Below are positions 31,689-44,982 of a stretch of DNA of 64,000 bases, piece by piece. Position numbers and translations under genes: made by a program. The stretch comes from an uncultured Verrucomicrobiae bacterium (GTDB lineage: Bacteria; Verrucomicrobiota; Verrucomicrobiia; Chthoniobacterales; UBA10450), in the NCBI GenBank assembly GCA_963834385.1, contig CAWIBO010000002.1:736001-800000 (forward strand), in the 5' to 3' direction. The notes beneath the pieces are model-generated. The model did not search any database. It had not been told where the DNA came from and saw nothing but the letters and a program-made list of their open reading frames with translations. Each line of letters begins with the position of its first letter. Positions within the stretch are counted from its first letter, which is position 1.

Positions 31689-33690
31689 ATGCCCCGCGAA
31701 TACACCCTGCACCGACCCCAGGCCGACCGCGGGATCAGGATCGATTACGCCGCCGAGTTGAACGAGCAGCAACACGCCGCCGTGACCGCGCCCCCCGGCC
31801 CGCAGCTCGTCATCGCCGGCGCCGGCTCGGGCAAGACCCGCACCCTCACCTATCGCGTCGCTTATCTCCTCGAGAACGGCGTCGACCCGCGCAACATCCT
31901 CCTCCTCACCTTCACCAACAAGGCCGCGCGCCAGATGCTCGACCGCGTGGCCGCCCTGCTCCCCCTCGACGCCAGCGGCATCTGGGGCGGCACCTTCCAT
32001 TCCATCGGCAACCGCATGCTCCGGCGCCACGGCAGCGCCCTCGGTTATGCCAGCTCTTTCACCATCATGGACCGGGAAGACCAGAAGGATCTGGTCGACA
32101 CCGTGGTGGCCGCGGCCGGGATCAACCCAAAGGAAGTCCGTTTCCCCAAGGGCGACGTCCTGGTCGACCTCTTCAGTTTCGCCATCAACACGGAGCGTCC
32201 CATGGAGGAGTTGCTCGCGGAAAAGTTTCCCTACTTCCTGCCCCTGCTCGAGCAGATCAAGGATGTGCACGCCCGCTACGAGCGCAAAAAGAAGGCGGTC
32301 GAACTCGATGGACTTCGATGATCTCCTCGAGAAAACGCTCCGGATGCTGAAGGAACATCCCCACATCGCGGAGATCTACCGGCGCCAGTTCCAGTTCATC
32401 CTCGTGGACGAATACCAGGACACGAACAAGATCCAGGCCGATTTCATCGACGAGCTCGCGCGCGAGCACCGCAACCTCATGGTCGTGGGCGACGACGCGC
32501 AGTCGATCTATTCGTGGCGCGGCGCCAATTTCCAGAACATCCTCGAGTTCCCGCAGCGCTATCCCGGGGCGCAGGTTTTCAAGATCGAGCTGAATTACCG
32601 GAGCGTGCCCGAGATCCTCGAGGTGGCCAACGCCGCCATCGCGCCCAACGTCCGCCAGTTTCGCAAGCAGCTCAGCGCCACCCGCCCCACCCGCGAGATC
32701 AAACCCGCCCTCGTCGCCCTGCAGGACGGCAGCGAGCAGGCGCAGTTCGTGGCCCAGCGCATCCTCGAGATGCGCGACGAAGGCGTCGATCTCAACGACA
32801 TCGCGGTGCTCTATCGCGCCCACTATCACGCCGTCGACCTCCAGCTCGAGTTCTCCCGGCGCGGCATTCCCTACCAGATCACCAGCGGCATTCGCTTTTT
32901 CGAGCAGGCCCACGTCAAGGACGTGGCCGCTTTTGTCCGTTTCGTGGCCAACCCGCGCGATGAGGTCGCCTTCAAACGCATGGTCAGGCTCCTGCCCGGG
33001 GTGGGGAACAAGGGCGCCGACAACCTCTGGCGCGGCTGGGAGAAAAAACTCGAGGAAAACGCGGCCGTGACCGATTTTGGCGACCGTTTGCGCAGCCTCG
33101 GCGTCGGCGCCCGCAGCCGCAAATCCTGGGAACAACTGGCGCACACCCTCGACGAGATCGCGCCCGGCGGCACGCCCACCTCCCCCGCGGAGATGATCAC
33201 CTCCATCGTGGAAGCGGTTTACGACGATTACGCCAAGGCCAATTTCAGCAACTACGAGCTCCGGCGCGAAGACCTGAACCAGCTCGCCGCCTTCGCCCGC
33301 CAGTTCCGCGATGTGAACGAATTTCTCTCCCAGCTCGCGCTTATCAGCAACGTCGACGCCGAGCCGGCTGCGAACGCCGGCGGCGAGACCGAGGCGGTCA
33401 ACCTTTCCTCCGTCCACCAGGCCAAGGGCCTGGAATACCACGCCGTCTTCGTCATCTGGCTGACCGACGGCATGTTCCCAAGCAGCCGTTCACTCGAGAC
33501 GCGCGACGCCCTCGAGGAGGAACGCCGCCTCTTTTATGTCGCCGTCACCCGCGCCCGCGACGAACTCTACCTGACCTACCCGCACCTTCGCCTGAACGCC
33601 GGCTATGGCGACATGTTCCAGCGCCCCTCGCGTTTCCTGAAGGAAATCCCCACCGACCTCCTCGAAGACTGGCAAATCAATAAGAAATGA
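31689..33690 (+). CDS. UvrD/PcrA-family ATP-dependent DNA helicase (apparent frameshift near 32295)
   Basis: AGAGSGKT, TFTNKAA, LVDEYQD, VGDDAQSIY, NYRS, HQAKGLE and EERRLFYVAVTRA motifs. Confidence 0.93.
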
Positions 33691-33809
33691 CGAAGGAGCG
33701 AATGACGAAGTCCGAAGGAAGGACGAATGCCGAAGGCGCAAAGTCCGCCCTTTTCTCCTTGGTCCTTTGATAATTATTTCGTCATTTGTCATTCGTCAGT
33801 CGTCATTTT
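33685..33809. repeat. Inverted arms built from 7-nt repeats (AATGACG / CGTCATT) between the helicase and malQ
   Basis: AAATGACGAAGGAGCGAATGACGAAG... versus ...TTTCGTCATTTGTCATTCGTCAGTCGTCATTTT. Confidence 0.8.
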
Positions 33810-33813
33810 CTCC

Positions 33814-35520
33814 GTGAACCTTTCTCCCGATAACCGCATCGCCGGCGTTCTTACGCCGCTTTTTGCCCTGCGCACCCCGAACGATCTCGGGATCGGCGAC
33901 GTCAACGCTCTGCGCCAGTTCATCGATTGGGCCGCCGGCATCGGTTTCCGGCTCGTGCAGTTGCTCCCGATCAACGAGACCGGGGGCGACAACAGCCCCT
34001 ACAACGCCATCAGCTCCGTCGCGCTCGAGCCCACCACCCTTTATCTCGCGCCCAACTCGCCCGAGGACCTTTCCCCTGAGGCCTATCACGAGATCGTCGA
34101 CCAGGTCGATCTCGCCGCCCTCCGCAAGGGCGATGTCAATTATCCCGCGGTGCGCGCCTTGAAACGCCAGCTCCTCGAACGCGCTTTTGTCGCCTTCTCC
34201 GAGCGCGCCCAGCACGACGCCCTTCACGTCCGGCTTTTCGAGGAGTTTTGCCTCACAGAATCCGGCTGGCTGGAGGACTACGTTTTCTTTCGCGCCCTCA
34301 TGGAGGAGAACAACGGGAGCGAGGCCTGGGACGAATGGCCGGAGGACCGGCGCGAGATGGGGGCGGCCCGCGCCTGGTATCGCGCCCTTGCCCCCGCCGC
34401 CCGCGCCCTTTTCGACCGGCGCCTGCAATTCTTCCGTTATGTACAATGGATCGCCCACGGGCAATGGGCCGCGCTCAAGCATTACGCCCAGGACCGCAAC
34501 GTCGCTCTCATGGGCGACATCCCCTTTGGCGTCAGCTATTACAGCGCCGACGTCTACGCCGGTCCCGACCGCTTCCTTCTGGATTGGTCGGGCGGCGCTC
34601 CGCCGGAGCCCTATTTCAAGGACGACGCCTTTACCCAGAAATGGGGGCAGAACTGGGGCATCCCGCTCTATAACTGGCCGAAGATGCGCGAGCGCGGTTT
34701 CCGCTGGTGGCGCCAGCGTATCCGCGGCGTGAAAAACAGTTTCCATGTCTTCCGCATCGATCACGTCCTCGGTTTCTACCGCATCTACGCTTTCCCCTGG
34801 CGGCCCCGGCACAACCCCGACTTTCTGCCGCTGACCTGGGAGGAGATGACCGCGCGCACCGAGGGGCGCATCCCGCATTTCGCGCCGCGCGACGATGGCA
34901 ATCCGGAGAACGCCGAACTGAACCGCCGTGAAGGCGAGGAATATCTGCGCGTTGTCCTCGAGGAAGCTGGCGCCACCCGCCTTGTCGGCGAGGATCTCGG
35001 CACCGTCCCGCCTTACGTCCGCCCGAACCTCACGGCGCTCGACATTGCCGGGTTCAAGATTCCCCAGTGGGAAACGCATCAGGACGGCCGGGTCGTGCCC
35101 GGGAACGAATATCAGCGCCTCTCCCTTGCCACCTACGCCACCCACGATCACAAGCCGATCCGGGCCCTCTGGCACGAAGCGTTCGAGGTGGAAACCGCCA
35201 CCACCGCGCAGGCGCGCGAGGATCTGAACCGGATCGCGCAATTCGCCGGCATCTCCGGCCTGAGCCAGCCGCCCGATTTCGACCGCGATTTTTACCCGGC
35301 CATCATGCGCGCCCTTATGCAGTGCAACTCCTGGATCAGCGTCCTCATGATCACCGACCTGCTCGGGCGCCGCGATCGTTTCAACGTCCCGGGGACCGCC
35401 ACCGCATCCAACTGGACCCGGCGCCTCCACCTGACCGTCCCGCAGCTGCGGACCAATCGCACGGTCCATCGCCACACCCGTCTCCTCCAGCAGTTGCTCG
35501 AGGAAACCGATCGTCTCTAG
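33814..35520 (+). CDS. malQ: 4-alpha-glucanotransferase (GH77)
   Basis: GIGD, QLLPIN..SPY, MGDIP, GQNWGIP, RIDHVLG, GEDLG and THD motifs. Confidence 0.93.
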   Translation: MNLSPDNRIAGVLTPLFALRTPNDLGIGDVNALRQFIDWAAGIGFRLVQLLPINETGGDNSPYNAISSVALEPTTLYLAPNSPEDLSPEAYHEIVDQVDLAALRKGDVNYPAVRALKRQLLERAFVAFSERAQHDALHVRLFEEFCLTESGWLEDYVFFRALMEENNGSEAWDEWPEDRREMGAARAWYRALAPAARALFDRRLQFFRYVQWIAHGQWAALKHYAQDRNVALMGDIPFGVSYYSADVYAGPDRFLLDWSGGAPPEPYFKDDAFTQKWGQNWGIPLYNWPKMRERGFRWWRQRIRGVKNSFHVFRIDHVLGFYRIYAFPWRPRHNPDFLPLTWEEMTARTEGRIPHFAPRDDGNPENAELNRREGEEYLRVVLEEAGATRLVGEDLGTVPPYVRPNLTALDIAGFKIPQWETHQDGRVVPGNEYQRLSLATYATHDHKPIRALWHEAFEVETATTAQAREDLNRIAQFAGISGLSQPPDFDRDFYPAIMRALMQCNSWISVLMITDLLGRRDRFNVPGTATASNWTRRLHLTVPQLRTNRTVHRHTRLLQQLLEETDRL

Positions 35521-35537
35521 CCGCCGGAAGAAGTTGA

Positions 35538-36555
<1,018 letters not shown>

Positions 36556-36560
36556 CTCTC

Positions 36561-36968
36561 ATGCGCTCCCTCGCCTTCTGCTTTGCCGCCCTTTGTCTCC
36601 TGGCCTGGTCAGCCCCGGCCGCGGAACCGGTCGCGCGCAAACAGTTCATCATCATGCTCAAGCTGAACGACCGGCTCGCCGGCGCCCCGGAGAGCGCCTG
36701 GACGCCGGAGGATAACGCCGCGGTGCAGGCCCATTTCGAGCGCCTGAAAAAACTAACCGAGGCGGGCGAAGTCATCGTCGCCGGCCGGACCCTGAACGAG
36801 GAGGCCACCGCGTTCGGCATCATCGTGGTCGAAGTTGCGGACGAAAAACGGGCCCGCGAAATCATGACCGGCGATCCCGCCGTCCAGGCCGGCGTCATGA
36901 AAGCCGAGCTCTTCCCCTTTTACACGGCCCTGCTGCGCGAAAAATCGAATCAGGGACGCAGGAACTGA
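36561..36968 (+). CDS. YciI family protein with signal peptide
   Basis: AHFERLK...AGRT...GIIVV...DPAV.AGV. Confidence 0.8.
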   Translation: MRSLAFCFAALCLLAWSAPAAEPVARKQFIIMLKLNDRLAGAPESAWTPEDNAAVQAHFERLKKLTEAGEVIVAGRTLNEEATAFGIIVVEVADEKRAREIMTGDPAVQAGVMKAELFPFYTALLREKSNQGRRN

Positions 36969-37028
36969 GGAAAAAGGCCGGGCAGGCGAACATTCCGTTC
37001 GTCTTCCTGCTTTCCCAGGACGATCTCA

Positions 37029-37052
37029 GGCTCGACGGAGTCTCGCCCTACC
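37029..37052 (-). repeat. GTAG-type REP-like palindrome, a different family from the uvrA elements
   Basis: Reverse complement GGTAGGGCGAGACTCCGTCGAGCC, located between convergent genes. Confidence 0.5.
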
Positions 37053-37107
37053 AAGGGGGCGGCGGAGGTGAAATGGTGAATGGCGGGAGCGCAGCGGAAT
37101 GCGCCCA

Positions 37108-37147
37108 CTCCTACTCGTGCTCTTACTCGTACTCGTAACGTAATCTC
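37108..37147. repeat. 6-nt tandem repeats (CTCGTA-like) next to the purC stop
   Basis: CTCCTA CTCGTG CTCTTA CTCGTA CTCGTA ACGTAA TCTC. Confidence 0.7.
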
Positions 37148-37155
37148 CCCTCCCC

Positions 37156-38046
37156 CTAAGCCCCCAAAACCTCTTCCCCGGTCAAACGCCGAAACGCTTC
37201 CCGGTATTTCGCTGAGGTCTTCTCGATGATCTCCGTCGGCAGCGTCGGCCCGGGCGCGGTCTTGTCCCAGTCGAGCGTCTCGAGGTAATCGCGCACAAAC
37301 TGCTTGTCGAAGCTGGGCGGGCTCTGCCCGGCCACATACCGGTCGGCCGGCCAGAAACGCGAGGAATCGGGCGTCAGACATTCGTCGATGAGCAGCAGTT
37401 CCCCGTCGCGCAGGCCAAACTCGAACTTGGTGTCGGCCACGATAATGCCGCACTCCGCCGCGTGGACCCGCCCCGCCTCGTAAATCCGCAAACTCTTCTC
37501 GCGCGCCTCGGCCGCCACTTTTTCGCCCACGATCGCGCAGGCCTGCTCCCAGTCGATGTTCAAATCGTGGCCCGACTCGCTCTTTGTCGCCGGCGAAAAA
37601 ATCGGCTCGGGCAGCCGCGCCGCCAGGGTTAACCCGGCCGGCAGCCGGTGCCCGCAGACCGCGCCGGATTCCTGGTAATCCTTCCAGCCGGACCCGGCCA
37701 GGTAACCGCGCACCACGCATTCAATCGCCAGCGGTTCGGTTTTTCGCACCAGCATCGAGCGGCCCTCCAGCATCTCGCGAAACGGTTGCAAGCGGGCGGG
37801 AAAATCGGTCCAGCGCTCGCTCAGCAGATGGTTCTTCAGGAAATCGAACTTCCGGAACCAAAAGGCCGAGATCTGGTTCAAGACCGCGCCTTTCCCCGGA
37901 ATCGGGTCGGGCAGGATAACGTCAAAGGCGGAAAGCCGGTCGGTCGCGACAAAGAGCAGCTCGTCCCCGAGATCGAAGACCTCACGCACCTTGCCGCTGC
38001 GCAGCTTCGGGATTCCCGGAAGTTCGATCGCGGAAAGCGGCGCCAT
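37156..38046 (-). CDS. purC: SAICAR synthetase
   Basis: SGKVREV, TDRLSAFD, ECVVRGY.AGS, ADTKFEFG, TPDSSRFW and SFDKQFVRD motifs. Confidence 0.95.
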   Translation of the reverse strand: MAPLSAIELPGIPKLRSGKVREVFDLGDELLFVATDRLSAFDVILPDPIPGKGAVLNQISAFWFRKFDFLKNHLLSERWTDFPARLQPFREMLEGRSMLVRKTEPLAIECVVRGYLAGSGWKDYQESGAVCGHRLPAGLTLAARLPEPIFSPATKSESGHDLNIDWEQACAIVGEKVAAEAREKSLRIYEAGRVHAAECGIIVADTKFEFGLRDGELLLIDECLTPDSSRFWPADRYVAGQSPPSFDKQFVRDYLETLDWDKTAPGPTLPTEIIEKTSAKYREAFRRLTGEEVLGA

Positions 38047-38138
38047 GCCGGCAAAGGTGAGGCTTTTCCGGCCGCTCGTCGAGTCCGGCCAAAGTTTCTC
38101 CATTCCCAAACCGCCCTTCCGCATCCACCCTTCCCTGC

Positions 38139-39308
38139 ATGGGCGGTCTCGTCGTCAAACCTCGCGCGCGCATCCTGCATGGGCACGACTGGGTCTATAG
38201 CAGCGAGATCCTGAAAGTTTTTGGCGCGCCCGCCGATGGCGACGTCATCTCGCTCAAGGATGGACGCGATCATCTTCTCGGCAGCGCCATCTACAACAGC
38301 AAATCGCAAATCACGGCCCGCCGTTTTTCCCGCCGCAAACAGGGGCTCGATGCCGATTTTTTCCAGCGGCGCCTGGCCCAGGCCCGCGAATATCGGGAAC
38401 GGCGCGGGCTGAACCTGGCTCTTTGCCGCCTGGTCTGGAGCGAAAGCGACGGTTTGCCGGGCGTGATCGTTGATCGTTACGGCGACGTCTTCGTTTTGCA
38501 GACGCTCACCCTCGCAATGGACCAGCGGAAGGATCTCATCGTCGAAGCCCTGCGCGAGACGTTCAGCGCCGAAACCATCATCGAGCGGAACGATGCCCCG
38601 GTGCGCAAACTGGAGGGGCTCGAATTGCAAAGCGGCCTTCTCGCCGGCGCCGCTCCCGGCGTCGCGGAGTTCGAGCTGGCCGGGGTGACCTTCGCCGTCG
38701 ATCTGCTCCAGGCGCAAAAGACCGGTTTTTACCTCGACCAGGCGCCCCATTACCCGGCGGTCGCCCGGCACGCCAAGGGCCGGCGCGTGCTCGATTGTTT
38801 CAGCAACCAGGGCGCCTTTGCCCTCGCCTGCGCCGCCGCCGGCGCCGCGGATGTGACTGCGGTGGAAGCGAGCGGCGAAGGCCTGGCCGCCGCGCAGGAA
38901 CACGCTTCCCGCAACCAGCTCACCGTGCGCTGGGAGGAACGCGACGTTTTCCAGTTTCTCCGGGGCGCGGCCCGGGCCGGCGCGGAGTTTGACCTGATCA
39001 TTCTCGATCCTCCCTCGTTCACCAAGGCGAAAGGCGGCCTCAAGGATGCCATCCGTGGCTACCGCGAACTTCACCTGCGCGCCTTCCAGCTTCTCGCGAA
39101 GGACGGATTGCTCGCCACTTTTTCCTGTTCGCATCACGTCGGCCACGAAGTCTTCGGCGACCTGATCCGGGACGCCCTCGTCGATGCGCGCCGCTCCGCC
39201 CGCCGTCTCGAACGCTTTGACCAGGCGCCCGATCATCCCGTGCTCCCGACCATTCCCGAGACGGAATATTTCAAGGGCTGGTTGCTCGAAATGATGCCGG
39301 GACGTTGA
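38139..39308 (+). CDS. RlmI-like class I SAM-dependent rRNA methyltransferase
   Basis: PUA-like N-terminus (GHDWVYS), SESDGLPG, QKTGFYLDQ and LDPPSF motifs. Confidence 0.88.
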   Translation: MGGLVVKPRARILHGHDWVYSSEILKVFGAPADGDVISLKDGRDHLLGSAIYNSKSQITARRFSRRKQGLDADFFQRRLAQAREYRERRGLNLALCRLVWSESDGLPGVIVDRYGDVFVLQTLTLAMDQRKDLIVEALRETFSAETIIERNDAPVRKLEGLELQSGLLAGAAPGVAEFELAGVTFAVDLLQAQKTGFYLDQAPHYPAVARHAKGRRVLDCFSNQGAFALACAAAGAADVTAVEASGEGLAAAQEHASRNQLTVRWEERDVFQFLRGAARAGAEFDLIILDPPSFTKAKGGLKDAIRGYRELHLRAFQLLAKDGLLATFSCSHHVGHEVFGDLIRDALVDARRSARRLERFDQAPDHPVLPTIPETEYFKGWLLEMMPGR

Positions 39309-39446
39309 ACCCGCCGCGCGTTTCGCGCACGAAAGTTGTCTCGTAAAATTGGTGGATTTATCGAACCCGGTCGTTACTATCCTCGCAGCGGACGCCGCCG
39401 ATGATGCAGGAAACAAATGCAGCGCGGTCGTTCGCGTTTCCTTGCC

Positions 39447-40076
39447 ATGCCTGAACGAATCCGCCCGATCGAACAAATGCTGGAACTAAGCGACGAAGAC
39501 CGCATGTCGCCCGAGCTGCTCGATTCCCAGGTGCAGAAGGCCCGTCTCCAGCTCGAGGAACTGAAATCCCAGCAGGAGCAGATCGAGAAACAAAAGCGTG
39601 AGCTTGAGGAACTGAGCCGGCGCCAGGTGGAACTCGAGAAGGGGCGCGCCGACCTGACGGACAAGCTGACCCGCTCGCTCGTGGTCCTCGAACGCGAAGG
39701 TTACAACACGCAAACGAAACTCGAGCAGATCAAGGCCACCCACGAAAGCTTTACCCAGCACCTGCATCTCCTCGAGAACATCGATCCCAAATCGTGGAAC
39801 CCGTCGGACCTGCACAAGGAACTCTCGCGCGCGCTCAGCACGGTGGACGATGCCCGGGCCGAGTTCAGCCAGCAGCGCAGCCGGCTCCAGGCCGCCGGCG
39901 GGCACGAGGAAGAGGGCGACGTCGCCCTGCCGGAAGTGGCTCCCGAGGCGGAAGGCTTCGGCGGCAACTCTTTCATGCACTGGATGCAGATCGGTCTCGC
40001 CCTCTCGCTCCCGCTCATCACTTTCGGTTTCATCGCGCTCGCGATCTATCTCTGGATGGCTTCCACCACTCCCTGA
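39447..40076 (+). CDS. Hypothetical coiled-coil protein with C-terminal membrane anchor
   Basis: Glu/Gln/Lys-rich heptads, terminal hydrophobic helix, typical codon usage. Confidence 0.7.
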   Translation: MPERIRPIEQMLELSDEDRMSPELLDSQVQKARLQLEELKSQQEQIEKQKRELEELSRRQVELEKGRADLTDKLTRSLVVLEREGYNTQTKLEQIKATHESFTQHLHLLENIDPKSWNPSDLHKELSRALSTVDDARAEFSQQRSRLQAAGGHEEEGDVALPEVAPEAEGFGGNSFMHWMQIGLALSLPLITFGFIALAIYLWMASTTP

Positions 40077-40082
40077 TCGCTC

Positions 40083-40445
40083 ATGCGTCGCCGGGCCGCG
40101 AAATCAGCCACCCCGCTTAACCAGCAGCAGCAGGATCTCGCCCGCCGCGCCGATGCCCTGCGCGACGAGATGCAGAAGCTCCAGCGCATGATCGAGGAGG
40201 CGCCCCGCCTCGCGCAGGAACAACAGCGGCGCCAGCGCGAAGAACTCCTCGAACGGGCCAGCGCCGGCGGTCGCCGCCTCGACGTCTCCCTTACCCCGCA
40301 GGACAAACGTTACGATAGCGACTGGGCCGCCCCCCGCCGCGGCTCGCTCCGCAAGGAACGGCGCGAAGGTCGCGTTCTCTTTCTTGTCCTTGCCCTCGCC
40401 CTCGCCGCCCTGGTCATCTGGCTTCTGACTCATTTCCGGTTCTGA
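40083..40445 (+). CDS. Hypothetical coiled-coil protein with C-terminal membrane anchor
   Basis: Operon-like spacing and terminal TM helix. Confidence 0.65.
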   Translation: MRRRAAKSATPLNQQQQDLARRADALRDEMQKLQRMIEEAPRLAQEQQRRQREELLERASAGGRRLDVSLTPQDKRYDSDWAAPRRGSLRKERREGRVLFLVLALALAALVIWLLTHFRF

Positions 40446-40460
40446 ACCGGCCGCGCTGCC

Positions 40461-40744
40461 GTGAAAGCCGAAGATCTCAACATCGCGCACGTCGCCCATC
40501 TCGCGCGCCTCGAACTTTCCCCGGAAGAGGCCGCCGCTTTCCAGGCGCAGCTCCAGAAAGTCCTCCATTACGCGGCGCGGCTCGATGAGGTCGATGTCGC
40601 GACGGTCGCGCCCACCGCCGAGGCCCATTCACTTTTCAATGTCGTCCGGCCTGATGAATCCCGGCCCGGTTTATCCCCGGAGGAAGCGCTCGGCCAGGCG
40701 CCCAAGCACGACGATCACCTTTTCCTTGTCCCGAAGGTGGTGGA

Positions 40745-40748
<4 letters not shown>
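40461..40748 (+). CDS. gatC: Asp/Glu-tRNA amidotransferase subunit C
   Basis: [16 protein letters not shown] and F.VPKVVE motifs. Confidence 0.92.
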
Positions 40749-42220
<1,472 letters not shown>

Positions 42221-42224
<4 letters not shown>

Positions 42225-42941
42225 CCGTTCGCAGCCAAGCCGTTTCCGCAGTCGTCGCCCGACCGCGCCGAACCATTGCCAGGCGAAGAGCAGCGCGACT
42301 TTGAAGCTCATCTTGGAGGAACCGCGTTCCCGGTCGCGAAAGGCGATCGGAATCTCGCGCACCCGCAGACGCCCCTCCGCCTCGAGCAGGATCTGGAAGA
42401 CCGCCTTGAACCCCGAGCCGTCGGGCGCGAACTCAAGCAAGCGTTCCCGCCAGATGGCGAAAAAGCCCGAGCCGGAATCGTGCACCGACGTCAGCGGATA
42501 GGAAACTAGTCCCCCCGCGCGCGACATGATCCGCCGCCAGAGCGGCCAGCCCGGCGTGGTCCCGCCGGGAACATAACGGCTCCCGATGACGAGGTCCGCT
42601 TCCCCGCGCAGAATCGGTCCGACCAGTTCCGGCAGCTTTTCGGGCGGATGACTCAGGTCGGCGTCCATCAGGGCCACGATCTGGCCGGTCGCCGCGCGCG
42701 CTCCCGCCACCACCGCCCCGGCCAGGCCAAGCGTGGGCTGGTCGCGCGCCACCAGTCGCACCGGCACGGAAGCCACCAGGCTGCGGACCCGTTCGCGCGT
42801 CCCATCGCGCGACCCGTCATCCACAAAGACGATCTCGTGCAGCGGCGCGCCGGTGGCGAGAACGCGGCGCAGAAGCGGCTCCACGTTTTCCGCCTCGTTC
42901 AGGGTCGGGACGACAAGTGAAACGGTGGCCCCGGCGCTCAT
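42221..42941 (-). CDS. Polyprenol monophosphomannose synthase-like GT2 (3' end uncertain)
   Basis: VVPTLNEAEN, VDDGSRDGT, MDADLSHPP, IGSRY and F.DRERGSSKM motifs. Confidence 0.85.
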
Positions 42942-43725
42942 GCCTGCGCCGCTCGCGACGCCTTGTGCCTGTTCCAGATGGCATCCAGCTCGGCCAACCC
43001 GGCTTCCCCCAGCGTTCCCCCTTCTTCCGCCAGCGTCTTTTCCATCTCGGCAAAGCGCCGGACAAATTTGTCGGTCGCCGCCTGGAGGACCGCCTCGGCC
43101 TCGAGCCCGCTTTTGCGCGCCAGATTGACCACGGCAAAAAGAAGATCGCCAATCTCTTCCGCGACCGCGCCGGGCTCGCCCGCCGTCAGGGCTTCCTTCG
43201 TCTCCGCCAGTTCCTCGTCCACCTTCGCCATCACCCCGTCGAGGTCCGGCCAGTCGAACTGGACGCGCGCCGCCTTGGCCTGCGCCTTTTGCGCCCGCAT
43301 CAGGGCGGGCAACGCCGCCGGGCAGGCCGCCGAGAAAACCGCCCGGCCCGCTCTTTTTTTCCTTCAGCTTGATCTGTTCCCATTGGCGCAGCACGGACTT
43401 CGAGTCAGCCGCGTCGCTCTCCGCGAAGACGTGCGGATGCCGCCGGACGAGCTTGTCGGTGATCTCCCGCATGACCTCATCAAGGGTGAACCGTTTTTCC
43501 TCCGCGGCGATCTGGGCGTGCATGAGCACAACCAGCAGCAGGTCGCCCAGTTCCTCGCGCAGGTTCGGGTCGTCCCCGGCACGCGACGGCGCTGACCACC
43601 TCGTAGGTTTCCTCGAGGAGCGCGCCGAGGAGCGAAGCATTGGTCTGCTCGCGGTCCCACGGACAACCCTCCGGCGAGCGGAGATGGGCCACCACCTCGC
43701 GCAGTTTGTGAAAAGCGTCGCTCAC
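42938..43725 (-). CDS. mazG: MazG nucleoside triphosphate pyrophosphohydrolase (apparent frameshifts near 43585 and 43320)
   Basis: LRSPEGCPWDREQT, EETYEV, EELGDLL, KLVRRHPHVF and EEIGDLLF motifs across frames. Confidence 0.9.
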
Positions 43726-44441
43726 AAACGCCAGAGCGAACGGTGGGTGCCGAACTCGGAGATCTCGCCGGTGGTCTTTTTCCCGACGTAAATCGCGATG
43801 GCGATGACCGAGGCGAGGGTGCCGAGCAGGATCAGGCCGACGAGCCAGCTCGGGATCTGGCCAACGCGGAGAGCCTGGTAAAAGCCGGCCACGTTCTCGA
43901 CCGGCGCGCCGGCGTGCAGGAAAATCTTGGTGATCCACGCCACCATGATGAGGATGAAAATGAAAACGTAATTTCTTTTCAAACGGCGCCCAACCGCCTC
44001 CAGCTTGGAGATCTTGAACGAGGGCAGGATCAGATCCTCGCAGACCAGCTTTTTCCATTCGCCCTGCAACATTTGCCGATTCTCCATCACCATGGGGACG
44101 AGGAAATGGGCCTCGAGCATGCGGACGCGGGCGCGGAAAGCATCGTAAAAGCGGTAGCGCCGGGCCTCGATCCAGAGCATGGCCCAGACGATCGCGATGT
44201 TGAAAAAGAAGATGATGTGCGGGACGTCGCGGGTGGAGAACGCGATCGTGATGATGGCCGTGCTGCTGGTGATGGCCCAGTTGGTGGTGATGTCGAGGCG
44301 CTGCCGCCAGACCATGATGCGCCCCAGTTCGCCCCGGTAAAAGTGCGACATGGCGTTGACGTAGCCCGGGTCGTAAATGCTGCGCTGAAGGGAGACGGTC
44401 GTCTCCTCGTTCGCGTGCTGGATGTCGTTTTCTGTTGCCAC
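43722..44441 (-). CDS. DUF2270 domain membrane protein
   Basis: HFYRGE..R...WR.RLD.TTNWAI, EARRYRFYD..RARVR..E and RRLKRNY motifs. Confidence 0.85.
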   Translation of the reverse strand: MATENDIQHANEETTVSLQRSIYDPGYVNAMSHFYRGELGRIMVWRQRLDITTNWAITSSTAIITIAFSTRDVPHIIFFFNIAIVWAMLWIEARRYRFYDAFRARVRMLEAHFLVPMVMENRQMLQGEWKKLVCEDLILPSFKISKLEAVGRRLKRNYVFIFILIMVAWITKIFLHAGAPVENVAGFYQALRVGQIPSWLVGLILLGTLASVIAIAIYVGKKTTGEISEFGTHRSLWRL

Positions 44442-44499
44442 GGGTAGCGCGCTAATTGGATAACTGCGTTTCGGCCGGATTCCAAGCAATCCCGCGCGC

Positions 44500-44967
44500 A
44501 TGCCCACTCTCCTCTCAGATCTTCTCGACGAGAAACATTTTCTCCTGGACCTGCGCGCCACCGCCGCGGACGAGGCCGTGCGCGAGATCGTCGCCGCCAT
44601 GGCCGCGGCCGGGAGCGTGACCGAATCCGAGAGTTTCATCCACGCCGTCCTCGCGCGCGACCGCATCAATTCCACCATCCTCGATCACGAGGTCGCCTTC
44701 CATCACGCCCGGACCAACCTGGTCGAGGAGCTCGCGCTCGGGTTCGGACGCAGCGCCGCCGGCCTCAACTACGGCGCCGGCCATCGCCAGGTCCGGCTCG
44801 TCTTCGTCGTCGCCGTGCCCCAAAAACGAATCCAGGATTACCTGGTCTGCATCGGCGCCCTCGCCCGTCTCCTGCGTCGCGAGGAAATGCGGGAGGCTCT
44901 GCTCACCGTGACCGATCCCGCGGCCATCGTGGAACGAATGCGGGAAGCCTCGCTCCAGCTCGAGTAG
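44500..44967 (+). CDS. PTS EIIA (Ntr/fructose-type) domain protein
   Basis: LARD..NST...EVAFHHAR, LGFGRS..G and VRLVFV motifs. Confidence 0.85.
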   Translation: MPTLLSDLLDEKHFLLDLRATAADEAVREIVAAMAAAGSVTESESFIHAVLARDRINSTILDHEVAFHHARTNLVEELALGFGRSAAGLNYGAGHRQVRLVFVVAVPQKRIQDYLVCIGALARLLRREEMREALLTVTDPAAIVERMREASLQLE

Positions 44968-44982
44968 GCGCGCCGCGCCGCC

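Noticed and set aside
11561..35475. Long alternative-frame and antisense ORFs (e.g. 11561-13558, 17947-19899, 21942-23609, 26596-28437, 29500-31377, 33796-35475)
   Set aside because: They are shadows of well-supported genes in high-GC DNA, with no recognisable motifs.
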